A stretch of 63,998 nucleotides of DNA, the filler included, from Stramenopiles sp. TOSAG23-2 (Eukaryota): NCBI GenBank assembly GCA_900128395.1. It is 5 parts of 5 records of this genome, joined end to end, with 100 filler letters (N's around TTAATTAATTAA, not from the genome) between each part and the next. Parts side by side here need not be neighbours in the genome. Positions count along the whole stretch, not along the records: positions 26,568 to 39,569 come from LT649821.1; positions 39,670 to 52,658 come from LT649822.1; 3 more parts are not named here. One strand, written 5' to 3'. Position numbers and translations under genes: made by a program. Below, piece after piece: positions 32,346 through 43,746 of this stretch (position 1 is the first letter of the stretch; each line of letters begins with the position of its first letter). The notes under the pieces are model-generated. The model ran no database searches. It saw only the letters and a list, made by a program, of their open reading frames with translations, and was not told where the DNA came from.

Positions 32346-33593
32346 ATGAATGATGATAAAGAAAAGAAAAAAGGACGTAGAACAAAAGTGGAAGTCAAAT
32401 CTATTATGGTAACTATGGTAACAACAACAACAAAAGAGACGAGAAAAAAAAAAGAATTGCCAGTACATAAATTAATAATATTATATATAATATATCTCAT
32501 ACTTGCCATATTTGCATTAATATATGTATTTGGATCACCGCCAATTGGCTCTGTTATCATTTCTCAACCACCATTACCACCGGTAAGACAGAATGATCCA
32601 TTGAAATCCGTTTATTTTGGACAAGGATGTTTTTGGCATACGCAATATGATATGTTTTTAATTGAAAATGTGGATACGCAATATTTTCATAGTCGTGGGT
32701 ATGAAAATATTACATCATTAGTTGGATATGCTGGTGGAAAATATACTTCTGCTGATTCTGGATATGTGTGTTATCATAACGGCAATGTGTTTACAGATTA
32801 TAATAAACTTGGTCATGCTGAAGCAGTTTCTGTTGAATTGTCCTACTCTAAAGGTGCAGATACGATTGATGAACAGACATTAGGTCAGTTTAAGTTATTA
32901 GTAAGCCATTTTTTTGAGTTTGGATATGTTACATTGGATGATGGAAGTGGAAAACGACAACGTTTGGATCCACAAGATAGAGGTCCAGAGTATCGTTCTG
33001 TTATTGGTATTCCGGGTGGAATGAAAAAAAATAAAATATTTTACGATGAAATCGTAAATGCAAATAAAGAATATAATATGGAATTAATTGAAGGTAAAGG
33101 TAGTAATTTTGGCGATGTAGAAGGTGAATTTGTAGTATATATTTATGATTCATTGATTTTTCCTTTTTATCGTGCTGAAAATTATCATCAATTTCATACA
33201 AACGATGTAGTACAACGACAAGTTCCGATAAGCTATTTACAAGATTTAAAAAATATACAACAAAAAATTGGAAGATTGGCAAGCACAGGTTGCCCGGAAA
33301 CGAAAGGTGCTGGTTTTCTTGCTATTGTAAATGGTGTATTAACTATATTTTCTATTATAGGCATTATGCAGGTATTGTTAAAATTTTATTCAATATTTCA
33401 TAAAGGAAATGATAAAATTGTAAATACTGAAGATGATGGTGATGATGGTGGTGATAATGAAAGACGGATAAAATATGAAACTAACATGAAACATTCAACA
33501 CAGAAAAATAATATTGATAATAATAATGATGATGCAACAAAAAAAGATGATGGTAGTATGATTGAAGTGGTAGTAGATTCATCGTCATCATAA
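32346..33593 (+). CDS. msrA: Peptide methionine sulfoxide reductase A-like, flanked by two TM helices
   Basis: YFGQGCFW, GYAGG, GHAEAV, D.G.EYRS.IG, FYRAENYHQ; hydrophobic segments near both ends. Confidence 0.85.
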   Translation: MNDDKEKKKGRRTKVEVKSIMVTMVTTTTKETRKKKELPVHKLIILYIIYLILAIFALIYVFGSPPIGSVIISQPPLPPVRQNDPLKSVYFGQGCFWHTQYDMFLIENVDTQYFHSRGYENITSLVGYAGGKYTSADSGYVCYHNGNVFTDYNKLGHAEAVSVELSYSKGADTIDEQTLGQFKLLVSHFFEFGYVTLDDGSGKRQRLDPQDRGPEYRSVIGIPGGMKKNKIFYDEIVNANKEYNMELIEGKGSNFGDVEGEFVVYIYDSLIFPFYRAENYHQFHTNDVVQRQVPISYLQDLKNIQQKIGRLASTGCPETKGAGFLAIVNGVLTIFSIIGIMQVLLKFYSIFHKGNDKIVNTEDDGDDGGDNERRIKYETNMKHSTQKNNIDNNNDDATKKDDGSMIEVVVDSSSS

Positions 33594-33995
33594 TGTTGCG
33601 TTATATGGAGCTAAAAAAGAAGAAGAAGAAGAGACGCATTGAAATGTGGTGTGTGAAAAAAATTATACGAAGCGTATATGATAAAAAAAATGTTAATAAT
33701 TTTTTCGGTTGGATATTAAATATATCATTAATAATATTAATTATTTAATTAAAAATAAATATTATTCATAAAATATTTTGTGATATATTTTATAAATATT
33801 AAAATACACGTACTTCGTACTTTACTACCGCTTCTCGGTAATAATATATATTTTAACACTCTCTCCTTTCTTTCTTGTCTCGTTCGTATCATACACATAC
33901 AATATGTGTGTTATAATTTTTGTTAAATACGTACATATTTTATTATATTACGATTCATACACGAGTAATTTTTAATTATTTTTTATTTTGATTTA

Positions 33996-36900
33996 CTATT
34001 TTCCTCCGTCGCTATCCACTTCCATCCCATTGTTTGCTCGGCGGTTATTGTTTCCATTACGAAAACTAGCACTGCTGTTATTATTGCTATTGTCCGTATT
34101 GTTATTTTCATCATCTACTGGCGTTGGCATCATCATAGCACTTCTGCATTGGCGCTTATCACTATTACTAGATGTAATTGACTTCCTTTTATGAGCACCC
34201 ATTAAAAAATCATTAATTATTGTCAGCAGGTGTGAGTGGTCCTTCCTACATTGTCTACAGAGCATCGTTGTACATCTGCATGCCTCGTGTGAAGAATCAT
34301 CTGTCTTCCATGTAGGTACTGACGTCAAATCACAACGAAGTTCTCGGTAAATTTGATTACGGTACAAATTTGGGGAACCTTTAACTGGCATCCAACCATC
34401 TTTTAACATTTTTGCATATCCTAGTGAATAAGCAGTTTCTGCTATAGAATTCTGTGGATTAATTCGCGACCATTCCATAAACCATTTCTTGCGATGTTGT
34501 GTGTACTCATTATTAAATGTGTCCACTTTATACAGCATTTCGAACTCCTTTTTTGCATTCTCATTTTCGATTTTTTGATTCGCTTTCACTTTCTCATTTA
34601 AGAATTTTAACTCACGAATTGCCTTTGCATCTTGTGTCATACGATCTTCACGTTTGAATTTAACATGTATTGCCTTTCTGTCGCCCAGTGTCATATTTTT
34701 ATAATATCTCAAGAACCTATAATCTATTTTTTTAATTTTCATTGGGATATTTTCAAAATAAAGATTTGGAACTTCTTTAGTAATTATTGCCTTACTAGAT
34801 ACTTTATCCACAGTGAGAATCCTTAGCTGCGTGGATGAATAGATGAAAACACCATCACTAGGTTTCAAAAAGTTGCTTAAATCTTCCGTGGTGTTAAGTA
34901 CATTAAAATTATTATTGTTGTTATCATTTCTTTCGGGTTCTGGTATGGTAATATAAGCTGGTAGCGTTTTGACTCCTGTGTAACTACGAACCATTTTTTT
35001 TTGAAAATTCCATTTTTTTGTAGCCATCGGTTTATCTACTATCATTTCATCATTTTTATGGTCAAACAATTCATGTGTTTCTTCATTGTCGTAATAACAA
35101 CATGAAGATGTAGTAGATTGAAAACGAACAGCTCGTCTTGCTTTAAATGCCTTTTGTACTACACAAAATCTATCCACCGGATCCCACGTTAGTTTTAGCG
35201 AATACTCGGCCTTGAATTTAGTTGCAGTCCATGGATATGGTGTTATTCGTAAGCATTTTACCGAACTATCGATTTCACCATCTGAAAACAAAATATCAAT
35301 ATTTATATTACGAAGGGTTGCATATCCCAATATATAAGGAACAACATTCTTAGGGTTAACTTCAAGCTCACCCACTTCCTTAGCTTGCGTATACCATGTT
35401 TCAAACGTCTGTTCAAACATTTTAAGGAAGTCAGAACCTTGCTTGCCACCTCTTTGATCATGAAATGTCCATTGTAAAAAACATAATACGGCTTTTCGTA
35501 TATTGGTTGCACGATCTTTTTCTTCTACGGTTTGTGTAAAACGATTTTTTAACCCACTTAAGACGGAGAAAAAGGAGCCGCTAACATCACTCATTCGCAT
35601 CATTCTAAATTTTCGTAGTTTTTTCTTCCACCCATAATCTACAAATGTAGCGTTTGTCCCATTGAATTTTGCTTTCAGCAATGACAAATGATCGTTCACG
35701 TTGGATGTTGAAATTTGATTTTGCAATTGAGGTGGATTGCGAGTTGTTGATAACTCTTTTGGATTTCTGTATTTGCTTATTATATCTTCCGATATACGTA
35801 ATCGCAAAAGCTTAGCTTCCAAAATACTTCCACTTTGCTCTTCAGTTGATTTGGTCTCCTTTAAGAATACCTCTAGCTCCTTTTTCTCCTCTTTCAAATT
35901 ATTTCGCAATGCCTCAAGCTCTTTCTCTATAATTTGCTTTGTTTTATTACTTGCTGTGAGAGTTGTTAAAAAATTTGAGACAATTTTCATACAAGCTTGA
36001 TTCTTGAACTTGCTTCCACTGCCAGTCGATAATAATATCCTTTCCTGTGTTATTGTAACACACTCTTTCCAATATGCTTTAATAACACGTCCAATCCATG
36101 ATTCTGCGTTGTCATGAAATTGTTTTACATTCTTATCGACCTTTTCCATAAAAGATTCCTTGGTGGTCAAGCTTTGAATTATGTTTTTCTTCATAAGAAT
36201 GTGCTTCTGAAACTCCTCGTAACATTTATTCTTAAGCATTTTTTTTAATTTTCCTTGCATTTTTGCTTGAACCATGCCAAATCGTTTGCCTGCAGCTGCC
36301 ATCAGAGTTCTGCGACCTTGGTTATTCAAGTAATTTGTTATGAGCTTTTCCAATGTTGGGTCAGGAAAATTCCAATCGTCAACCAAATCATTCAGCAACT
36401 TTTTTAATTGTTCAATGATCGTATCTACAACATATTCTGTGATATTGTTCCATCGCTCTTTGACAGCTTCCATGTCTATAGCATGAAAAATACATCTGAA
36501 AATCCTAAGAGATAACATCTGCCAAGATTGCATTTTACCAGGTTTTGCCGCGTCAACATTAAATCCTTCCATCAGTGCTTTCTTTCCTTTGTCTGATTTA
36601 AAATCCCTCGTTATTTTTTTGAAGCACCAAGATTTGAATCCTGCAAATCCATTCTCCTCATCTTCATGTTTGAGCCAGTGAATCTTCTTGGAGTTTTTTT
36701 GACATCTTAACTTTTTTGCATTTTCAAAGATCTTTTTACTTGTTACAACTGCTGCATGTAGCTTCATGATTGTTGCTTTTCGAGTTTTGTAATAATTCTG
36801 TTTCTTTGCTTTTTTGATAGTCCTAGCAGAAATATCCTTCAAATCGTTCCATGGATTACTTTCAATTGCTCCTTTTTCATTTTTGTCTAGAAATTCTAAA

Positions 36901-39569
36901 ATTTCAAGTGCCATATCAACTGCTCGTTTAATTTTAAGACAAGTAACCATTCTTAATAACTCTCTTCCTCCTGAAAGATCCTGTGCGTCAGAATTGTCAT
37001 TTAAATTATCAAGATTTTTTGAAAGCATCAAGCTTGTATATAGTGTTGGGTATGTTCTAACAAATATAGGATGTTGTGCTATCTCTTTAATTTTTTCGTC
37101 AGATATCAATTTTCTTAATTTTAGATCATTTGCTACTTCTCTGATACCGGACTCAAATGTCTCTAACGTATCTTTCTTTATTTCATCTTTTAAATAAGTT
37201 GGTCTGTTTTCATTAAGCTGTTGAACCCGTGAAGTTGTACCTTCTACAATTTCATCTGCCTCTTTTAGTTCTACCGCACTTTTTAATTGGCCTTTCTCTT
37301 CGCTACAATAAAACGATATTTCTAATGGATCAGACGAAACATTACCAATTCTTACAAGTTGATTAAGCCACTTCTGCAATATATCTTTGATTTGCGGGTA
37401 CACATGATCTGGAAGAATCTTTTGAGCCCTTGATTCTATTTCCGTCGCGTCTAATACTGATGTAAGACGTTTTTTTTGGTTTAGCTCCTTTATAAGGTGC
37501 TCCATTTCTTTAAATTGCTGGGTGCTTTCAGATGCGGGAGAACCAGACGATGTTCCTCCAGTAGTACTATTCCGACACAATACATCTCGAAGTTTAGCCT
37601 TTAACTCCAAGGGCAATCGAGACATAGAAGCTAATAATCTAGTTATACCAAATTCTTTGATTTTTTCGTTGACTTCTTGAGCAGAAGATAAATCTCTTTC
37701 GCACATAGCAATCATTTGATGAACTGACTCTAACCCCACTCGCAAATAATTGTCACGCATAGCGTCTTGATCATTGACACCTGGAAAATCAATCAACTCA
37801 ATTGATTCACTTAATATTTCACTAGGTACCCATACAATTACACTTTTAATGAACATGGAAAATACAAAGTTACCACGTGTGCTAGTGTATTTTTGCAATA
37901 GTTCGCGTATATACATGCGATCTTCCATTTTATTTTCATTTTTAGTCAAGTAAACAAATGTCTTGTTATCAAATTTACTTAGTTCTGCAATGGTCTTGAT
38001 ATCACCAACGGTTTTCGGGAAATAATTTTCATCATCTGGAAGACGCGTTTCAATAAACGCTTCTTTCTTTTTAATACCTTCGGTAATGGCATGATACAAA
38101 ATAATGTATCGTTTATATTCTTTTGACGTGGGATCTGGGCCATTATTTAGATATTGCACTATTTTCTCCTTGATCTCTTCGATACTTTCATAAGTGATGG
38201 ACATTGTCCATTGATTATCATACCTCAATCTCGTTGCACAATTAGTAGTTGATCCACCTTGGCGTCCAGCTGGCAAAAGATAGCAATAATTTTTGAGATA
38301 ACGTCCTTTCGTTCCGGTTTCATGGAACTTTATCAAATCTTTTTGTGCTTTTTCTTCCGATTCCACCTCTGTTGGTGCACAAACTTCATTATACATCTTC
38401 TGGTCTGGTTCAACCAATGCAAAACCTTTTTTGCTTAATTTAGATGCTTTCTGCTGTATAAAAGCTTCCGCAGAGACGACAGATGATGTTGTGGCTGTTG
38501 TACTAGTCGTTGTCGTCGTAGTAGTAGTAGTTGTTGTCGTCGTCATCGTCGTGGTTGTTGAAGCATTGTTTTCAGCAGCATTAGTATTTATGTTATTTAT
38601 ACTTTCATCATTGTCTATATCGTATTCTTCTCGATAAATATCCATGATTTCATGAATAAATCTACTCTGTGCTTCCATGTCGTTGAGATTTTCATTTTCA
38701 TATAGATTTGGATTTTCTTGGCAAATCTCCTTTATTACCTTCTTTAAAGTTTGTTCAGAATGCTGTTTGCCATATTTACTTTGTGGGATTTCTCCTAACA
38801 TACATAGCATATTTAATAAATGACTCTTCCCGTCGTTATTTTTCCCTAGCAAGCCCACTCGTTTGTAACCAGAATTGGCCAACTCCTCTAAAAACATGTT
38901 GATGTGTTCCACTAGCGTAGCAGCCACGCCAAAATCCGCATCGCCGGTACTAGTACGTGTTTTCTGGAAGACCGCATTTTGATGTTGTCTCAAATGACGT
39001 TTCACATTTTCTAATATACTTTTAAGTCTTTCAGTGTAATTATCTTCTAACCCACTGTCATTTCGAGGGCCAATACCAAGCGAATGAAGGCGAATTAGTG
39101 TAGCCCTTTCTTCGATTGTTCTTTTTGCAACAGCCGTGCCACCATCTGTTTCCTCCTCTGTTTCCTTCGTTTGTTCATTTTCTTCGTCTTCAAAATCTTT
39201 TTCAGCATATGTATCTGTTGCAAACAAATGAAATTCCATCAAGAAGTTTTTCACGATAGTTCCAATGGCAGTAGCTCTATTACTGATGTCTTTCCTAATT
39301 AGATTAGCGACGTCAAAAGTAAATTCAACACTTCTTCGACGTTCTTCGGGACTCCAACTATTAAAATTTAGAGCTTCAAACCTTGCTTTTTCTGCATCAC
39401 TTAAATTGTTATATAATGCAGCAGGCAAAAATTTTCTTGTTACATGAAGATACAATTCTACTAGATCGGATATACAAAAATGAATCCCATATCTATGGCA
39501 AACCCATGGATTCTGGCGATGCTTTGTCTCGTAGATTTCCACTAGCTTGTTGAGATTCCTGCGATGTTT
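33996..39569 (-). CDS. Giant dynamin-like GTPase (NUGGC/SLIP-GC-like) with helical region and possible degenerate OTU-like domain; 5'-truncated
   Basis: G1 GKNNDGKSHLLN, G2 STTNCATRLRY, G3 LIDFPGVND; frame open to the contig edge (KHRRNLNKLVEI). Confidence 0.75.
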   Translation of the reverse strand, partial: KHRRNLNKLVEIYETKHRQNPWVCHRYGIHFCISDLVELYLHVTRKFLPAALYNNLSDAEKARFEALNFNSWSPEERRRSVEFTFDVANLIRKDISNRATAIGTIVKNFLMEFHLFATDTYAEKDFEDEENEQTKETEEETDGGTAVAKRTIEERATLIRLHSLGIGPRNDSGLEDNYTERLKSILENVKRHLRQHQNAVFQKTRTSTGDADFGVAATLVEHINMFLEELANSGYKRVGLLGKNNDGKSHLLNMLCMLGEIPQSKYGKQHSEQTLKKVIKEICQENPNLYENENLNDMEAQSRFIHEIMDIYREEYDIDNDESINNINTNAAENNASTTTTMTTTTTTTTTTTTTSTTATTSSVVSAEAFIQQKASKLSKKGFALVEPDQKMYNEVCAPTEVESEEKAQKDLIKFHETGTKGRYLKNYCYLLPAGRQGGSTTNCATRLRYDNQWTMSITYESIEEIKEKIVQYLNNGPDPTSKEYKRYIILYHAITEGIKKKEAFIETRLPDDENYFPKTVGDIKTIAELSKFDNKTFVYLTKNENKMEDRMYIRELLQKYTSTRGNFVFSMFIKSVIVWVPSEILSESIELIDFPGVNDQDAMRDNYLRVGLESVHQMIAMCERDLSSAQEVNEKIKEFGITRLLASMSRLPLELKAKLRDVLCRNSTTGGTSSGSPASESTQQFKEMEHLIKELNQKKRLTSVLDATEIESRAQKILPDHVYPQIKDILQKWLNQLVRIGNVSSDPLEISFYCSEEKGQLKSAVELKEADEIVEGTTSRVQQLNENRPTYLKDEIKKDTLETFESGIREVANDLKLRKLISDEKIKEIAQHPIFVRTYPTLYTSLMLSKNLDNLNDNSDAQDLSGGRELLRMVTCLKIKRAVDMALEILEFLDKNEKGAIESNPWNDLKDISARTIKKAKKQNYYKTRKATIMKLHAAVVTSKKIFENAKKLRCQKNSKKIHWLKHEDEENGFAGFKSWCFKKITRDFKSDKGKKALMEGFNVDAAKPGKMQSWQMLSLRIFRCIFHAIDMEAVKERWNNITEYVVDTIIEQLKKLLNDLVDDWNFPDPTLEKLITNYLNNQGRRTLMAAAGKRFGMVQAKMQGKLKKMLKNKCYEEFQKHILMKKNIIQSLTTKESFMEKVDKNVKQFHDNAESWIGRVIKAYWKECVTITQERILLSTGSGSKFKNQACMKIVSNFLTTLTASNKTKQIIEKELEALRNNLKEEKKELEVFLKETKSTEEQSGSILEAKLLRLRISEDIISKYRNPKELSTTRNPPQLQNQISTSNVNDHLSLLKAKFNGTNATFVDYGWKKKLRKFRMMRMSDVSGSFFSVLSGLKNRFTQTVEEKDRATNIRKAVLCFLQWTFHDQRGGKQGSDFLKMFEQTFETWYTQAKEVGELEVNPKNVVPYILGYATLRNINIDILFSDGEIDSSVKCLRITPYPWTATKFKAEYSLKLTWDPVDRFCVVQKAFKARRAVRFQSTTSSCCYYDNEETHELFDHKNDEMIVDKPMATKKWNFQKKMVRSYTGVKTLPAYITIPEPERNDNNNNNFNVLNTTEDLSNFLKPSDGVFIYSSTQLRILTVDKVSSKAIITKEVPNLYFENIPMKIKKIDYRFLRYYKNMTLGDRKAIHVKFKREDRMTQDAKAIRELKFLNEKVKANQKIENENAKKEFEMLYKVDTFNNEYTQHRKKWFMEWSRINPQNSIAETAYSLGYAKMLKDGWMPVKGSPNLYRNQIYRELRCDLTSVPTWKTDDSSHEACRCTTMLCRQCRKDHSHLLTIINDFLMGAHKRKSITSSNSDKRQCRSAMMMPTPVDDENNNTDNSNNNSSASFRNGNNNRRANNGMEVDSDGGK

Positions 39570-39669
39570 NNNNNNNNNNNNNNNNNNNNNNNNNNNNNNN
39601 NNNNNNNNNNNNNTTAATTAATTAANNNNNNNNNNNNNNNNNNNNNNNNNNNNNNNNNNNNNNNNNNNN
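39570..39669. other. Artificial contig linker
   Basis: 44 N + TTAATTAATTAA + 44 N. Confidence 0.99.
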
Positions 39670-39986
39670 ATACGTCGTCAACAATAAAAACAATATCATT
39701 AGTACCCTTTATTGATGATTTTATTAATACAATGTATGATAAACTATCATCTAATAATGGCATTAATGGTGAGCTTACACCAGAAAACAAGAAAGATATT
39801 TTAGAACGAATGGAAGCAATAGTACACCATAAAGTGAGGCAACAAAGTAAACATTGTATCAAAACAGCGATAAAGCATGACTTTTCAAAACTGCCTGGTA
39901 TTGATGATATATGTGTAAAAACTATTATACCATATCTTGGTAACGATGGTCAAGCGTTAATGAATATGTTTGATACCCTTTATTGA
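39670..39986 (+). pseudogene. Truncated F-box-containing 5' unit of the ankyrin family
   Basis: Ends MNMFDTLY* at a 271-bp duplication junction (39703 vs 39974). Confidence 0.7.
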
Positions 39987-40002
39987 TGATTTTATTAATA
40001 CA

Positions 40003-40869
40003 ATGTATGATAAACTATCATCTAATAATGGCATTAATGGTGAGCTTACACCAGAAAACAAGAAAGATATTTTAGAACGAATGGAAGCAATAGTACACCA
40101 TAAAGTGAGGCAACAAAGTAAACATTGTATCAAAACAGCGATAAAGCATGACTTTTCAAAACTGCCTGGTATTGATGATATATGTGTAAAAACTATTATA
40201 CCATATCTTGGTAACGATGGTCAAGCGTTAATGAATATGTTTGGAAAAACAACAAAACGATTTTTAACTGTACCGACGATACGTGATGCATATAATAATA
40301 ATATTTCGAATTGTTATAGGAATGTTTTGAATCGCTTGAACGATCGTTATGAAACTGAATTTCCAGAAGGCACGCCATTGGTATGTGCATGTGAGGCAGG
40401 ACGTTTTGAGGATGTGAAATTATTTATTACATGCATGAAGGGTATTAATAATATGACATTGAGAGAACACGTGAATCAAGTCGGTAAAGATAGTGAAGGT
40501 GATGATATGACACCTTTAATGATAGCTGCATATGAAGAACATTTCCAAGTAGTTCAATATTTAATTGAACGAGGTGAAGCTGATCCTAATATTGCACGTA
40601 GTGATGGATGTAATGCATTACATTATGCAGCACGTAATAACAGAACGAGTACTGAGTTGATTGAGTTGTTATTAACTCATATGTCTCTTGATAGTATTAA
40701 TAAGAAGGACTGGGCGGAATACACTCCCCTGGACTGGGCATATCGTAATAATCATAGTCCAATTCACCAAGAGATCGTTGCACTTATACGTTCAAAAGGT
40801 GGAAAAGCAAATCAATATGATGCAAATGGTAGAGATGTAGGAATAGGTAATGGTGATTTAAATGATTAA
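40003..40869 (+). CDS. F-box + ankyrin repeat protein, copy A
   Basis: FSKLPGIDDICVKTIIPYL...LMNM..TTKRF F-box-like; TPLVCAC, TPLMIAA, NALHYAA, TPLDWA ankyrin repeats. Confidence 0.8.
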   Translation: MYDKLSSNNGINGELTPENKKDILERMEAIVHHKVRQQSKHCIKTAIKHDFSKLPGIDDICVKTIIPYLGNDGQALMNMFGKTTKRFLTVPTIRDAYNNNISNCYRNVLNRLNDRYETEFPEGTPLVCACEAGRFEDVKLFITCMKGINNMTLREHVNQVGKDSEGDDMTPLMIAAYEEHFQVVQYLIERGEADPNIARSDGCNALHYAARNNRTSTELIELLLTHMSLDSINKKDWAEYTPLDWAYRNNHSPIHQEIVALIRSKGGKANQYDANGRDVGIGNGDLND

Positions 40870-41447
40870 AACGCTCTTAAGAAGAGTGTGCGTGGTGCGT
40901 GGTGTGGTTTTTGTGAGAGAGATAAACAACGATTGAAACTAAACTTTGTTATTTGTTAAATATATATCATTAATTCACTAATTGCAAATTAAATTCTAGA
41001 ATATTATATTTTAAATCTGTCTCCCTAGAAAAATACGAGTACGTACTTTTTGAACTTTCATCCTTCTTTGATCCTCCAATCTATTTGCTGTATTGGAATT
41101 TATATTTGATAATATTTCAAATTGAAAATGAAGGATGAAAGTTCAAAAAGTACGTACTCGTATTTTTCTAGGGAGACAGATTTAAAATATAATATTCTAG
41201 AATTTAATTTGCAATTAGTGAATTAATGATATATATTTAACAAATAACAAAGTTTAGTTTCAATCGTTGTTTATCTCTCTCACAAAAACCACACCACGCA
41301 CCACGCACACTCTTCTTAAGAGCGTTTTAATCATTTAAATCACCATTACCTATTCCTACATCTCTACCATTTGCATCATATTGATTTGCTTTTCCACCTT
41401 TTGAACGTATAAGTGCAACGATCTCTTGGTGAATTGGACTATGATTA
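40749..41447. repeat. Long inverted repeat 1 (~318-bp arms, 63-bp spacer 41067-41129)
   Basis: Gene 3' end and downstream DNA are followed by their reverse complement. Confidence 0.9.
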
Positions 41448-41572
41448 CGATAATATGCAAGATCTAATACGGTTTCTCCTTTAATCATTTCATTGATGCA
41501 AATGGTAATGAAGTAGGACTCGGTAATGGTGATTTAAATGATTAACAATACAATCAAAGGAAGACGTCTAGA

Positions 41573-41989
41573 ATGAAAGATAAGAAGGGCAGTGAAGAGG
41601 AAGAGACTCCTCTGGACGTGGCATATCGATATAATGATAGTCCACTTCGCCAAGAGATCGTTGCACTTATACGTTCAAAAGGTGGAAAAGCAAATTATTA
41701 TGATGAAAATGGTAGACGTGTAGGAATAGGTAATGGTGATTTAAATGTTGGACGCCATGCAGTAGTAATAGGATCCGATATAGAAGTCGTACGTGAAGCA
41801 TTAACTAAGATTGATGATATCAATGAAATGATTAAAGGAGAAACCGTATTAGATCTTGCATATTATCGTAATCATAGTCCAATTCACCAAGAGATCGTTG
41901 CACTTATACGTTCAAAAGGTGGAAAAGCAAATCAATATGATGCAAATGGTAGAGATGTAGGAATAGGTAATGGTGATTTAAATGATTAA
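41573..41989 (+). pseudogene. Ankyrin 3' cassette (two terminal repeats, no F-box)
   Basis: MKDKKGSEEEETPLDVAY...GNGDLND. Confidence 0.65.
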
Positions 41990-42617
41990 AACGCTCTTAA
42001 GAAGAGTGTGCGTGGTGCGTGGTGTGGTTTTTGTGAGAGAGATAAACAACGATTGAAACTAAACTTTGTTATTTGTTAAATATATATCATTAATTCACTA
42101 ATTGCAAATTAAATTCTAGAATATTATATTTTAAATCTGTCTCCCTAGAAAAATACGAGTACGTACTTTTTGAACTTTCATCCTTCTTTGATCCTCCAAT
42201 CTATTTGCTGTATTGGAATTTATATTTGATAATATTTCAAATTGAAAATGAAGGATGAAAGTTCAAAAAGTACGTACTCGTATTTTTCTAGGGAGACAGA
42301 TTTAAAATATAATATTCTAGAATTTAATTTGCAATTAGTGAATTAATGATATATATTTAACAAATAACAAAGTTTAGTTTCAATCGTTGTTTATCTCTCT
42401 CACAAAAACCACACCACGCACCACGCACACTCTTCTTAAGAGCGTTTTAATCATTTAAATCACCATTACCTATTCCTACATCTCTACCATTTGCATCATA
42501 TTGATTTGCTTTTCCACCTTTTGAACGTATAAGTGCAACGATCTCTTGGTGAATTGGACTATGATTACGATAATATGCAAGATCTAATACGGTTTCTCCT
42601 TTAATCATTTCATTGAT
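41819..42617. repeat. Long inverted repeat 2 (~368-bp arms, spacer 42187-42249), 1120 bp after repeat 1
   Basis: Same arms and spacer orientation as repeat 1. Confidence 0.9.
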
Positions 42618-42692
42618 GCAAATGGTAATGAAGTAGGACTCGGTAATGGTGATTTAAATGATTAACAATACAATCAAAGGAAGACGTCTAGA

Positions 42693-43109
42693 ATGAAAGA
42701 TAAGAAGGGCAGTGAAGAGGAAGAGACTCCTCTGGACGTGGCATATCGATATAATGATAGTCCACTTCGCCAAGAGATCATTGCACTTTTACGTTCAAAA
42801 GGTGGAAAAGCAAATTGTTTGGATGAAAATGGTAGAGATGTAGGAGAAGGTAATGGTGATTTAAATTTTGAACGGCATGCAGTAGTAATAGGATCCGATA
42901 TAGAAGTCGTACGTGAAGCATTAACTAAGATTGATGATATCAATGAAATGATTAAAGGAGAAACCGTATTAGATCTTGCATATTATCGTAATCATAGTCC
43001 AATTCACCAAGAGATCGTTGCACTTATACGTTCAAAAGGTGGAAAAGCAAATCAATATGATGCAAATGGTAGAGATGTAGGAATAGGTAATGGTGATTTA
43101 AATGATTAA
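42693..43109 (+). pseudogene. Ankyrin 3' cassette variant
   Basis: As 41573 but IIALL...CLDENGRDVGEG...FERH. Confidence 0.65.
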
Positions 43110-43600
43110 AACGCTCTTAAGAAGAGTGTGCGTGGTGCGTGGTGTGGTTTTTGTGAGAGAGATAAACAACGATTGAAACTAAACTTTGTTATTTGTTAAA
43201 TATATATCATTAATTCACTAATTGCAAATTAAATTCTAGAATATTATATTTTAAATCTGTCTCCCTAGAAAAATACGAGTACGTACTTTTTGAACTTTCA
43301 TCCTTCATTTTCAATTTGAAATATTATCAAATATAAATTCCAATACAGCAAATAGATTGGAGGATCAAAGAAGGATGAAAGTTCAAAAAGTACGTACTCG
43401 TATTTTTCTAGGGAGACAGATTTAAAATATAATATTCTAGAATTTAATTTGCAATTAGTGAATTAATGATATATATTTAACAAATAACAAAGTTTAGTTT
43501 CAATCGTTGTTTATCTCTCTCACAAAAACCACACCACGCACCACGCACACTCTTCTTAAGAGCGTTTTAATCATTTAAATCACCATTACCTATTCCTACA
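43076..43600. repeat. Long inverted repeat 3 with the spacer (43307-43369) in the opposite orientation
   Basis: Spacer attttcaatttg...ggaggatcaaa is the reverse complement of the spacer in repeats 1 and 2. Confidence 0.9.
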
Positions 43601-43746
43601 CGTCTACCATTTTCATCATAATAATTTGCTTTTCCACCTTTTGAACGTAAAAGTGCAATGATCTCTTGGCGAAGTGGACTATCATTATATCGATATGCCA
43701 CGTCCAGAGGAGTCTCTTCCTCTTCACTGCCCTTCTTATCTTTCAT
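43567..43746 (-). pseudogene. Inverted single-repeat ankyrin cassette (59 aa)
   Basis: MKDKKGSEEEETPLDVAYRYNDSPLRQEIIALLRSKGGKANYYDENGRRVGIGNGDLND*. Confidence 0.7.

Noticed and set aside
33828..33840. CGCTTCTCGG resembling the U2 snRNA 5' end
   Set aside because: Match stops after 10 nt; no branch-pairing GTGTAGTA or Sm site follows.
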